Assembly: GCA_945907245.1 (NCBI GenBank)
Contig: CAMDTB010000003.1
Coordinates: 1,457-65,456, forward strand
Source: Rhizobium sp. Q54
GTDB lineage: Bacteria > Pseudomonadota > Alphaproteobacteria > SMXS01
Length of the DNA stretch: 64,000 nt
Direction of reading: 5' to 3'
In this document: one piece after another, positions 9,290 through 17,846 of the stretch
Layout: each line of letters starts with the position of its first letter
Position numbering within the stretch: the stretch's first letter is position 1
Translations under genes and position numbers: made by a program
The notes under the pieces: generated by a model
What the model saw: the letters and a program-made list of their open reading frames with translations, nothing else
What the model was told of the DNA's origin: nothing
Databases searched by the model: none

Positions 9290-9659
9290 AAAATGTCACA
9301 ATTCGCCCAATTCCGCGCTGCAGCGGTCACATCTTCGAAAGTTGTACACATCGGGCCAACCGGGGACTTGACTCTCGAAGGATTACAGCGTCATGAACGT
9401 TCGATGACGCTCCCGACAACAAGAACCACTTATAATCAATAGCTTGTTGAATTTGCCCAAAAAGTGGGCAACCCGATGAGACTCCAAGGGTTCTGCGGCC
9501 CACACGCTCGCCGCAAGACCTTTTACACAGAGTTATCCACAGATTCCGTGGATATAACCTGTGCCCTTCAAGCGGGTATTCCGGCACCCGATCAGACGTG
9601 TTGGAATGGTTTCCCAATCCGTCCTAGAGTCCAGATGCTTAACCACGTTGCCTGCACCT

Positions 9660-11588
9660 ATGACCTTAATTGCCGACGAAGAAAAAGACACAGCCGACGG
9701 GAATCCGGCGGCCGAATCGACCGCCGCCCCGGTCGCGGTTTCGGCGCCTGTCGGCCGTGCGCTGATCCGGGCGAAGGCGCGCAAGCTGTCGAGCGGTCCC
9801 GGCGTCTACCGCATGCTCGACCAGCATGGTGACGTCATGTATGTAGGCAAGGCGCGCAACCTTAAGGCGCGTGTCGGTCAGTACGCCGGCGGCAAGGCGC
9901 ACACCAACCGGACGACGCGGATGATTGGGCGCGTCCACGACCTGATCGTCGTCACCACCGAGACCGAAAGCCAGGCGCTGTTGCTGGAAGCCCAGCTGAT
10001 CAAGCGCTACATGCCGCCCTACAACGTGCTGCTGCGCGACGACAAGAGTTTCCCCTACATCCTGATCCGCACCGACCACCAATGGCCGCAGATCAAGAAG
10101 CACCGGGGCGCCCAGAACATCAAGGGGCACTATTTCGGCCCCTTCGCCTCGGCCGGCGCCGTCAACTCCACCCTCAACACACTGCAGCGGGCGTTCCTGC
10201 TGCGCTCGTGTTCGGACGGCGTGTTCAACGCGCGCACGCGCCCGTGTCTGCTGTTCCAGATCAAGCGCTGCTCCGCGCCATGCGTGGAGCGCGTCACCCA
10301 GGAAGAATATGCCGGGCTGCTCGACGACGCGCGCACCTTCCTCGGCGGCAAGAGCCAGCGGGTGCAGCGCGACCTGTCCGAGCAGATGATGGTCGCCAGC
10401 GAGGCCATGGAATTCGAGCGCGCCGCGGCGATCCGCGACCGCATCAAGGCGCTGACCAGCATCCAGGGCCGCCAGGGCGTCACCGCGGGCGACGTGGAGG
10501 ACGCCGACGTCATCGCCGTCCATCAGGAAGGCGCGCAGAGCTGCGTGCAGGTGTTCTTCCTCAGGGCAGGGCAGAACTGGGGCAACCGCGCCTATTTCCC
10601 AAAGCACGATTCCTCGCAGGGGCTCGAGGAGGTGCTGGAAGCGTTCATCGGCCAGTTCTACGACAGCCGCCCGGCGCCGCAGACCATCCTGATCAGCCAC
10701 GATTTCACCGAGCGCCCGCTGATGGAGGAGGCGCTGTCGCTGAAATCGCCGCGCAAGGTCGCGCTGCTGGTCCCCAAGCGCGGCGACAAGGCGAAGATGG
10801 TCGACCTGGCCCTGCGCAACGCCCGGGACGCGCTCGCCCTGCGCATGGCTGAAAGCGCCTCGCAGCAGCTCGTGCTGTCCGAGCTGGCCAGCATCTTCGA
10901 CCTGGAAGGACCGCCCCGGCGCATCGAGGCCTATGACAACAGCCACATCTCGGGCACCAATGCCATCGGCGCCATGATCGTCGCCGGGCCCGACGGCTTC
11001 CTCAAGAACAGCTATCGCAAGTTCAACATCAAGAACACCGAGCTCGTCCCCGGCGACGACTACGGCATGATGCGCGAGGTGCTGACCCGCCGCTTCGCCC
11101 GGCTGGTGAAGGAGGATCCCGAGCGCAGCCGCGGCCAGTGGCCGGACCTCGTGCTGATCGACGGCGGCGCGGGCCAGCTCACCGCCGCCGAGGCCGTGCT
11201 GGCCGAACTGGGCATCGAGGATCTCGCCATCGTCGCCATCGCCAAGGGGCCCGACAGGAACGCCGGCCGCGAGCGGTTCTTCATGCCGGGGCGCGCGCCG
11301 TTCACCCTCGATCCGCGCAGCGCCGTCATGTACTACCTGCAGCGGGTGCGCGACGAGGTGCACCGCTTCGCCATCGGCACCCACCGGCAGAAGCGCGCGG
11401 GGTCGATGACCAAATCCCAGCTCGACGAGATCCCCGGGATCGGCCCGGGCCGCAAGAAGGCGCTGCTCGCCCATTTCGGTTCGGCGAGGGCGGTGGCCGG
11501 CGCGGCGCTGGAGGATCTCGAGTCCGCCGACGGCATCAACAAGGCTGTCGCCCGCAAGATCTACGATTATTTCCACGCAGATGGCTGA
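9660..11588 (+). CDS. uvrC: Excinuclease ABC subunit C
   Basis: GIY-YIG N-domain (PGVYRMLDQHGDVMYVGKARNLKARV), UvrBC domain, RNase H-like endonuclease domain and C-terminal (HhH)2 (IPGIGPGRKKALLAHFGS). The start was chosen at MTLIADE. ATG 9606 is also possible. Confidence 0.95.
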   Translation: MTLIADEEKDTADGNPAAESTAAPVAVSAPVGRALIRAKARKLSSGPGVYRMLDQHGDVMYVGKARNLKARVGQYAGGKAHTNRTTRMIGRVHDLIVVTTETESQALLLEAQLIKRYMPPYNVLLRDDKSFPYILIRTDHQWPQIKKHRGAQNIKGHYFGPFASAGAVNSTLNTLQRAFLLRSCSDGVFNARTRPCLLFQIKRCSAPCVERVTQEEYAGLLDDARTFLGGKSQRVQRDLSEQMMVASEAMEFERAAAIRDRIKALTSIQGRQGVTAGDVEDADVIAVHQEGAQSCVQVFFLRAGQNWGNRAYFPKHDSSQGLEEVLEAFIGQFYDSRPAPQTILISHDFTERPLMEEALSLKSPRKVALLVPKRGDKAKMVDLALRNARDALALRMAESASQQLVLSELASIFDLEGPPRRIEAYDNSHISGTNAIGAMIVAGPDGFLKNSYRKFNIKNTELVPGDDYGMMREVLTRRFARLVKEDPERSRGQWPDLVLIDGGAGQLTAAEAVLAELGIEDLAIVAIAKGPDRNAGRERFFMPGRAPFTLDPRSAVMYYLQRVRDEVHRFAIGTHRQKRAGSMTKSQLDEIPGIGPGRKKALLAHFGSARAVAGAALEDLESADGINKAVARKIYDYFHADG

Positions 11589-11627
11589 CGCGGCGTTATA
11601 GTCGCGCCAATTCGCGAACGGAACGGC

Positions 11628-12191
11628 ATGATCTCGTCCATACCAAACCTCCTGACGCTCTCGCGCATCCTGGTCATCCCGGCGCTGATCGGTACCTTCT
11701 GGCTCGACGAGCCGCTGAAGCAGTGGCTGGCGCTGGGCCTGTTCGTCGCGGCCGGCATCACCGACTTCTTCGATGGCTACGTGGCGCGGGCGCTGGGCGT
11801 ACAGTCCAAGCTGGGCCAGTTCCTGGATCCGGTCGCCGACAAGCTGCTGGTCGCATCGGCGCTGTTCATGCTGGCGGCCAAGGGCCCGCTCACCGGCGTG
11901 CACCTGATACCGGGCGTGGTAATCCTGTGCCGCGAGATGCTGGTGTCGGGGCTGCGCGAGGTGCTGGCCGAGATCAAGGTCGGCCTGCCGGTCAGCCGCC
12001 TCGCCAAGTGGAAGACCACTGTTCAGATCGTCGCCATCGCCTTCCTGCTGGCGGGCGACGCGGCGCGCGGGCTTTACGCGGTCGAGATCGGCACCTTCGG
12101 CCTGTGGATCGCCGCCATGCTGACGCTTTACACCGGCTATGATTACCTGCGTGCCGCCCTGCGCCACCTGACGGGCCCGCGCAAGCCATGA
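11628..12191 (+). CDS. pgsA: CDP-diacylglycerol--glycerol-3-phosphate 3-phosphatidyltransferase
   Basis: CDP-alcohol phosphatidyltransferase motif DFFDGYVARALGVQSKLGQFLDPVADK; multiple transmembrane helices. Confidence 0.9.
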   Translation: MISSIPNLLTLSRILVIPALIGTFWLDEPLKQWLALGLFVAAGITDFFDGYVARALGVQSKLGQFLDPVADKLLVASALFMLAAKGPLTGVHLIPGVVILCREMLVSGLREVLAEIKVGLPVSRLAKWKTTVQIVAIAFLLAGDAARGLYAVEIGTFGLWIAAMLTLYTGYDYLRAALRHLTGPRKP

Positions 12192-12439
12192 AGGTGCTGT
12201 ATTTCGCCTGGCTGCGCGAACGGGTCGGCACCGGCGAGGAAGACGTCGCCCCGCCCGCCGGCGTGACCACGGTCGCCGCGCTGATCGACTGGCTGTCTGC
12301 CAGGAGCGCGGGCCATGCACATGCGTTCGAGCAGCGCGACGTGATCCGCGCCGCCGTCAACCAGGACTTCGCCGATCCCGATTCGCCAGTCACTCCCGGG
12401 GACGAGGTCGCCTTCTTCCCGCCGGTGACGGGAGGCTGA
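12188..12439 (+). CDS. moaD: Molybdopterin synthase sulfur-carrier subunit
   Basis: 83 aa with a ubiquitin-like fold, ending in ...FFPPVTGG. Precedes moaE. Confidence 0.85.
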   Translation: MKVLYFAWLRERVGTGEEDVAPPAGVTTVAALIDWLSARSAGHAHAFEQRDVIRAAVNQDFADPDSPVTPGDEVAFFPPVTGG

Positions 12440-12440
12440 G

Positions 12441-12890
12441 ATGATCCGGGTCCAGTCCGATGATTTCGACATCGGCGCCGAGATCGCCGCCCTGACCGCC
12501 GGCAAGACCCATATCGGCGGCGTCGTCAGCTTCACCGGGCTGGTGCGCGACTTCGCCGGCGACGCGGCGGTCAGCACCATGACGCTGGAGCACTATCCCG
12601 GCATGACCGAGCGCATGCTGGCCGACATCGAGGCCGAGGCGCACCAACGCTGGCCGCTCGACGCCAGCCTGATCGTCCATCGTTATGGGCCGCTGAAGCC
12701 GGGGGACAACATCGTGCTGGTGATCACCGCCAGCGCCCACCGGCAGGCCGCGTTCGAGGCCGCCGAGTTCCTGGTCGACTGGCTGAAGACGAAAGCGCCG
12801 TTCTGGAAACGCGAAGCCGGTCCCGGCGGCGATCGCTGGGTCGAGGCCAAGGCAGTCGACGACACGGCGGCGGCACGCTGGCACAAATGA
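12441..12890 (+). CDS. moaE: Molybdopterin synthase catalytic subunit
   Basis: GGVVSFTGLVRD...LEHYPGMTE...IVLVITASAHRQAAFEAAEFLVDWLKTKAPFWKRE. Confidence 0.9.
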   Translation: MIRVQSDDFDIGAEIAALTAGKTHIGGVVSFTGLVRDFAGDAAVSTMTLEHYPGMTERMLADIEAEAHQRWPLDASLIVHRYGPLKPGDNIVLVITASAHRQAAFEAAEFLVDWLKTKAPFWKREAGPGGDRWVEAKAVDDTAAARWHK

Positions 12891-13324
12891 TCCCGCAGCA
12901 CATCGCCTTCTATGGCCTGCTCAACCCCGGACACGGGCCGTTCGAGAAGTTCCGGCTGGGCGAGGCACTGGAACTGGTCGGGCCGTGCCGAATTCCCGGC
13001 AGGCTGCATGACCTGGGCGCCTATCCCGCCTTGAAGCGCCGGCCGGGCGTCGCCGAAGGCCGAATCTACCGCATCCGTGATCCCAAGGTGCTGAAGCGGC
13101 TCGACGGCTTCGAGGCCTACTGGCCGCGCCGGCCGAAGCAGTCGGAATATCTTCGCCGTCCGGTGCTGCTCACCGAACCCGCGGTGTGGACCTGGGTCTA
13201 TGTCTATAACCGGCGGCCGCCAGCGGGGAGCCTGGTTCCCGAAGGTCCCTGGACTCCAAGAGGGCTTTCAGGCGACGTGGAATCACGTCGCCGTATAAAA
13301 GCCGCGGCGAAAGAACGCCGCTAG
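12887..13324 (+). CDS. Gamma-glutamylcyclotransferase (AIG2/GGACT-like) family protein
   Basis: FYGLL...GRLHDLGAYPAL...EGRIYRI...LDGFE pattern. Overlaps the moaE stop by 4 nt. Confidence 0.65.
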   Translation: MIPQHIAFYGLLNPGHGPFEKFRLGEALELVGPCRIPGRLHDLGAYPALKRRPGVAEGRIYRIRDPKVLKRLDGFEAYWPRRPKQSEYLRRPVLLTEPAVWTWVYVYNRRPPAGSLVPEGPWTPRGLSGDVESRRRIKAAAKERR

Positions 13325-13334
13325 GCGGATGCCC

Positions 13335-14213
13335 TCAGCGGTTTCCGCGCACGAGTTGTTCGTAGTCGCTTCGCAGCGTCTTCGTGATCTCGCCGACCGT
13401 GAAATTGTAGGGGCCGATCTCGCCAACCGCCGTCACCTCGGCCGCGGTGCCGGTCAGGAAGCACTGCTCGAAGCCTTCCATTTCTTCCGGCTGGATCGCC
13501 CGCTCGACGATCTCGATGCCGCGCTTCTTCGCCAGGCCGACGACCGTGCGCCGGGTGATGCCATCGAGGAAGCAGTCGGGCGTCGGCGTGTGGATCTTGC
13601 CGTCCTGGACGAAGAACACGTTGGCGCCCGTCGCCTCCGCCACCTGGTTGCGGTAGTCGAGCATCAGCGCGTCGTTGTAGCCCTTGCGCTCGGCGGCGTG
13701 CTTGGACAGCGTGCAGATCATGTAGAGGCCGGCCGCCTTGGCCGCCGTCGGCGCGCAGTTCGGGGCGGGACGGTGCCATTCGGCGACGTCGAGCCGGATG
13801 CCCTTGTCGCGCAGCTGCGGGTCGAAATAGGACGGCCATTCCCAGCCGGCGATGGCGACGTGGGTTTTGGTCGCCTGCGCCGCGACACCCATCTGCTCCG
13901 GGCCGCGCCAGGCGACCGGACGGCAATAACCATCGGGCAGGTTATTGGCCTTCATCACCGCGTCGCACGCCGCGTTGATCTCGTCCTCGGCATAGGGAAT
14001 TTCGAAGTCGAGAATCCGCGCCGAGTTGAACAGGCGGGCGGTGTGTTCCTTTAGCTTGAAGATTTCGCCGTTATAGGCACGCTGTCCCTCGAACACGACG
14101 CTGGCATAATGCAGGCCATGGGAAAGCACGTGAATCTGCGCTTCCCGCCAGGGCACGAGCTTGCCATTGAACCAGATGAAGCCGTCGCGATCGTTGAACG
14201 GAATGAGAGACAT
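13335..14213 (-). CDS. ilvE: Branched-chain-amino-acid aminotransferase
   Basis: Fold-type IV PLP enzyme: HYASVVFEGQRAY, AAKAAGLYMICTLSK, GANVFFVQDGKIHTP, FLTGTAAEVT. Confidence 0.93.
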   Translation of the reverse strand: MSLIPFNDRDGFIWFNGKLVPWREAQIHVLSHGLHYASVVFEGQRAYNGEIFKLKEHTARLFNSARILDFEIPYAEDEINAACDAVMKANNLPDGYCRPVAWRGPEQMGVAAQATKTHVAIAGWEWPSYFDPQLRDKGIRLDVAEWHRPAPNCAPTAAKAAGLYMICTLSKHAAERKGYNDALMLDYRNQVAEATGANVFFVQDGKIHTPTPDCFLDGITRRTVVGLAKKRGIEIVERAIQPEEMEGFEQCFLTGTAAEVTAVGEIGPYNFTVGEITKTLRSDYEQLVRGNR

Positions 14214-14304
14214 GGCGGGGTAATCCTTAGCGGAAGTCTGTTGCGCGGAACAATCTGACTCTTGGAGGTTGCACTGAGTAACATTCCGCCTAAACTAAGT
14301 CAAC

Positions 14305-14817
14305 ATGACTGACATAAATAAGCAGCATCCGGGCGACGATGAAATTCGGCAGGCGATCGAGCTTCTGTTCTTCGCCTATCGAGACTTCGTCGCCGATCCG
14401 GACAAGGTGCTGGCCGACTATGAAAGTCCAAACGGCTCGCTCGGCCGTGCTCATCACAGGGTGATCCATTTCGTGGGCCGGAATCCCGGCATGACGGTCG
14501 CGGAGTTGCTGTCGATCCTGCAGATCACCAAGCAGAGTCTGGCGCGAGTACTGCGCCAGCTCATCGACGAAGGCTTCATCGAGCAGGAACGCGGACCCGA
14601 GGACGCGCGCCAGCGGCTGCTCTATCTCACCGCCAAGGGCGAGGCTTTCGAGACCGCCCTGTCCAACCCGCAGCGCGCCCGGTTCAGGCGGCTGTTCGAG
14701 AAGGCCGGCCCCGAGGCGTCCCGGTCGTTCCTGGCGCTGCTGTTCGACCTGATCAACGAGGACGAGCGCGACCGGGTGCTGTCGCTGATCGGCAGGAAGC
14801 AGCACGCCGCCTCCTGA
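14305..14817 (+). CDS. MarR family transcriptional regulator
   Basis: Winged HTH: GMTVAELLSILQITKQSLARVLRQLIDEGFIEQERGPEDARQRLLYLTAKG. Confidence 0.85.
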   Translation: MTDINKQHPGDDEIRQAIELLFFAYRDFVADPDKVLADYESPNGSLGRAHHRVIHFVGRNPGMTVAELLSILQITKQSLARVLRQLIDEGFIEQERGPEDARQRLLYLTAKGEAFETALSNPQRARFRRLFEKAGPEASRSFLALLFDLINEDERDRVLSLIGRKQHAAS

Positions 14818-14850
14818 CCATGCCACGATTCATAGCCGCGGCTTTCGGAC

Positions 14851-14872
14851 GCCAAGGCGAGTCCGCCTTGGC
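14851..14872. terminator. 9-bp perfect hairpin between convergent genes (possible bidirectional terminator)
   Basis: GCCAAGGCG-agtc-CGCCTTGGC. No clear U tract on either strand. Confidence 0.3.
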
Positions 14873-14882
14873 TGAAAGCGCT

Positions 14883-15653
14883 CTAGAGTTTCGCGAGCTG
14901 GCCCCCATCGACGGGCAGCGCGTGGCCGGTGATCATGGCGGCGGCGTCGGACAGCAGGAACACGGCCGCATTCGCGACCTCCTCGGCCGTCGCCATCCGG
15001 CCGATCGGGTTGATCTCGTTGACCTGCTTGACGATCTCCGGCCCCATGGCCTTCAGCGGCGCCAGCAATTCGGTATCGGTCGCACCCGGTGAGACCACGT
15101 TTACCCGGATGCCATCGCGAATGTAGGAGATCGCGGCCTGGCGGCTGAGGCCGATGACGCCGTGCTTGGTGGCTGTGTAGGCCGCGCCCGACAGGTGGCT
15201 GGCCCGGTGCCCCAGGGTCGACGCCGTGTTGACGATTGCCGCGCCGCCCGGCTTCTTCGCGCCGGACTGCAGCATGGCGCCGATCTGGTATTTCATGCAG
15301 CGGTAGATGCCGGTGAGGTTGACCGCGACGACCTGGTCCCAGTTCTCGTCGGTATATTCATGGAGCTGCTCGCGGGCGCCGCCCATCCCCGCATTGTTGA
15401 ACGCGCCATCGAGGCCGCCATAGGTGCGAACGGCGGTCTTGACCAGGTTCCGGATGTCATCGTTCGACGCCATGTCGGCCTGGACGAAGATGCCGTCGCC
15501 GCCCTTGTCGCGCAGCCGCTGGATAACGGCCTCGCCCCGTTCTGCGCGCCGGCCGGCCGCGACGACTTTGGCGCCGCGCGCGGCCAGCAGATAGCATGCG
15601 GCCTCGCCGATGCCCGACGTGGCGCCGGTGACGATCACCACTTTCCCGTCCAT
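14883..15653 (-). CDS. SDR family oxidoreductase
   Basis: TGATSGIGEA, NNAG, YTATKHGVIGL and PGATDT motifs. Confidence 0.85.
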   Translation of the reverse strand: MDGKVVIVTGATSGIGEAACYLLAARGAKVVAAGRRAERGEAVIQRLRDKGGDGIFVQADMASNDDIRNLVKTAVRTYGGLDGAFNNAGMGGAREQLHEYTDENWDQVVAVNLTGIYRCMKYQIGAMLQSGAKKPGGAAIVNTASTLGHRASHLSGAAYTATKHGVIGLSRQAAISYIRDGIRVNVVSPGATDTELLAPLKAMGPEIVKQVNEINPIGRMATAEEVANAAVFLLSDAAAMITGHALPVDGGQLAKL

Positions 15654-15736
15654 GGAAGTCTCCCAGGAATATGTGAAGGCACCTTAGCCGGTCGGGCGCG
15701 GACGGCGCAAACCCCTGGCCGACCGGCAGAGGACTG

Positions 15737-16570
15737 TTACGCCGACAGTTCCTTCGACCGCCTGGCCGCCGCCTCGACGGCATGGCGCAGCAGCGGGGCG
15801 AGGCCGTTCTCGCCCATCAATACGTTGAGCGCCGCCTCGGTGGTGCCGTTGGGGCTGGTGACGTTGCGCCGGAGCGTGGCCGTCGATTCGTCATCGGACG
15901 CCTCGACCAGGGCCCCCGCGCCGGCTACCGTCCGGCGCGCCAGCATGTCGGCCAGCTCCGCCGGCAGGCCCGCGGCCTGGCCCGCCGCCGCCATGCACTC
16001 GATCAGGTAGAAGACATAGGCCGGACCGCTGCCCGACAGGGCGGTCACCGCATCCATCAATTTTTCATTATCGATCCACGCGACCGCGCCGACCGCATCG
16101 AGCAACGCCGTGCAGAGTGATCGTTGTGCCTCGCTGACATTGGTGCTTGCGACGCAGACGCTGACGCCCTTGCCGATGGCGGCCGGCGTATTCGGCATGG
16201 CGCGGACGACGGCCGCGTCGGCGCCCAGCGCCTGGGCGAAATAGTCCAGGGTCTTGCCGGCGGCGATCGAGAGAAACAGCGCCTTGGGATATTGGGCGAC
16301 GTCCGGCAGCACGGCCGCCATTACCTGGGGCTTCACCGCCAGCACGACAACGGCGGGTTCGCGCCGCACCTTGTCCATGGAGGGAACCACCGTGACATCG
16401 GCGTTTCCGGTCTTGATCTCCCGGGCGGCATCCGCATCCGGCTCGACCACGACGACGGCGGTGCCGTGCAGTCCACGGCCGAGCCATCCGGCGAGCAGCG
16501 CGGAACCCATTCGCCCACCGCCAACCAGCACCAGCGGCCGGCTGACGCCAATTGCGCCGAAATCCGTCAC
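15737..16570 (-). CDS. proC: Pyrroline-5-carboxylate reductase
   Basis: GGGRMGSALLAGW, VLAVKPQ, VRAMPNTPA, SGSGPAYVFYLIE, VTSPNGTTEAAL. Confidence 0.92.
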   Translation of the reverse strand: MTDFGAIGVSRPLVLVGGGRMGSALLAGWLGRGLHGTAVVVVEPDADAAREIKTGNADVTVVPSMDKVRREPAVVVLAVKPQVMAAVLPDVAQYPKALFLSIAAGKTLDYFAQALGADAAVVRAMPNTPAAIGKGVSVCVASTNVSEAQRSLCTALLDAVGAVAWIDNEKLMDAVTALSGSGPAYVFYLIECMAAAGQAAGLPAELADMLARRTVAGAGALVEASDDESTATLRRNVTSPNGTTEAALNVLMGENGLAPLLRHAVEAAARRSKELSA

Positions 16571-16581
16571 GACACTCCTAG

Positions 16582-17100
16582 TCAGGCCGTGCCGACGGTC
16601 TCGAACAACGCGGCTTCCATGGCCTCGGCGGGTGTCTTACCACCCCAGAGCACGAACTGGAAAGCCGGGAAAAAGCGTTCGCACTCGGTGATGGCGATCT
16701 CGATGAGATTTTCGCATTCCAGCGCGGTCGCGGTCTGACCTTCGCACATCAGCACGCCGTGCCGGTACATCAGCAGGCCCTCGTCCTCGACCAGGTCGAA
16801 ATGTCCAAGCCACATCTGGGCGTTGATCTTGGCCAGCAGCTCATGGAGGGGAGCCTTGCTGCCTTTCGGCACTCGGCCCTCGAACGCGCAGACCACCTGC
16901 AGGCCGCCGAAGTCGCTCGCGGAATGCGGGCCGTTCCAGGCGAAGTGCAGGTTGTACTCAGCCCAGTTGCCGGCCACGAAAACTGTCAACTCCTGCTTGT
17001 TCTGGCGGTCATAGGGCCATTCGTTCGCGGAGACGATCTGTTCGATCAAGTCGAGGGGGTCGCCGGAGAGGACTTCGTGGTCGGAGCTTACAGACGTCAT
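16582..17100 (-). CDS. YbjN domain-containing protein
   Basis: Inner ATG (MTSVSSDHEV...) preceded by GGAGGA. A conserved acidic protein of about 170 aa, commonly next to proC in Alphaproteobacteria. Confidence 0.65.
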   Translation of the reverse strand: MTSVSSDHEVLSGDPLDLIEQIVSANEWPYDRQNKQELTVFVAGNWAEYNLHFAWNGPHSASDFGGLQVVCAFEGRVPKGSKAPLHELLAKINAQMWLGHFDLVEDEGLLMYRHGVLMCEGQTATALECENLIEIAITECERFFPAFQFVLWGGKTPAEAMEAALFETVGTA

Positions 17101-17239
17101 AGCTCGGATCCTCCAATTAGGGTGCGGCATTGCGATGCAGCACAAAATCTAGCCTGCCATTGTTATCGGGCGGGTTCAAGTGCCTAGATGTTGTGGAAAC
17201 AACGCTGACGCGATTATGACACTGGCGTGTCGTAGCGGG

Positions 17240-17506
17240 TTACCCGCGGCCGGATTCCAGCGCGGTGAGCCGTTCGGCGAGCCGGGCGTTCTCGGCGGCC
17301 AGCGCCTCATTCTCCTGCCGGGCCTTCGCGGCCATCTCCTTCACGACCTCGAATTCGTCGCGGGTAACCACGTCGAGATCGGCGATGGCGCGCTCCAGGC
17401 GCTGGCGCACCATGGTCTCCACTTCCTCGCGGAGCGACTGGAAAACCCCAGCCGCGCCGGTGGCGAGCTTGCCCAGATCGTTGAGAATGCGGTTTTCCGT
17501 CTGCAT
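17240..17506 (-). CDS. ubiK: UbiK/BMFP family accessory-factor protein (coiled coil)
   Basis: MQTENRILNDLGKLATGAAGVFQSLREEVETMVRQRLERAIADLDVVTRDEFEVVKEMAAKAR.... ATG 17504-17506 lies 6 nt after GGAG. Confidence 0.75.
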   Translation of the reverse strand: MQTENRILNDLGKLATGAAGVFQSLREEVETMVRQRLERAIADLDVVTRDEFEVVKEMAAKARQENEALAAENARLAERLTALESGRG

Positions 17507-17649
17507 GGCGATCTCCACGGTGATGTACCGGCAATATGGCGATGCCCGGCCGGTTTTCCAAGGCGCGCTTTATCCGCGAACGGCATGGCGAAACCGGTTC
17601 ATGGAGACGGCCCGTTAACGTCCCGTTCACCTGCGGACCGATATACCAC

Positions 17650-17736
17650 GTTGATCAGGCCGGCTTTCCCCTCCCTTGCCGGTCTGATGCCTCCCTAAAC
17701 TTGGGCCACTAGCGATTGCTAGTGGCCTCTTTTTTT
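17650..17736 (+). ncRNA. Candidate trans-acting small RNA with anti-SD-like CCUCCC motifs and an intrinsic terminator (5' end approximate)
   Basis: - Hairpin 1: CAGGCCGGC (17656-64) pairs with GCCGGUCUG (17678-86), with the loop UUUCCCCUCCCUU.
- Single-stranded GCCUCCC at 17690-96.
- Terminator: GGCCACUAGC-gauu-GCUAGUGGCC (17704-27) plus UCUUUUUUU.
- No plus-strand CDS lies upstream that this terminator could serve. Confidence 0.4.
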
Positions 17737-17846
17737 GCTCTTGCCGGCTCGGGAAGAGGGTGCCGCAATGGGCGCAAAGCGGGTAAGGCGCCGTATCAGG
17801 CCCAAGACGCTTGACAGTTTCCACTCCGCCAAGGCTTTCTGAGGCC

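Noticed and set aside
9385-9412. LexA/SOS box upstream of uvrC
   Set aside because: The alphaproteobacterial SOS box is a GAAC-N7-GAAC direct repeat. Here there is one GAAC followed by GACG, so the match fails.
9290-9660. Chromosomal origin of replication (oriC)
   Set aside because: There is only one consensus DnaA box plus one degenerate copy. I saw no cluster of boxes, no obvious AT-rich 13-mer array and none of the usual origin-linked genes nearby.
9666-12320. 884-aa minus-strand ORF opposite uvrC, pgsA and moaD
   Set aside because: It spans three genuine plus-strand genes, has Arg/Ala/Gly-rich low-complexity text and shows no motifs. It is an antisense artefact.
17520-17736. 6S RNA or a riboswitch in the ubiK-lgt spacer
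   Set aside because: I could not fold the long closing stem and central bubble of 6S RNA, and I recognised no riboswitch core. Only the 3' 85 nt looks structured, so it is reported as a generic sRNA candidate instead.
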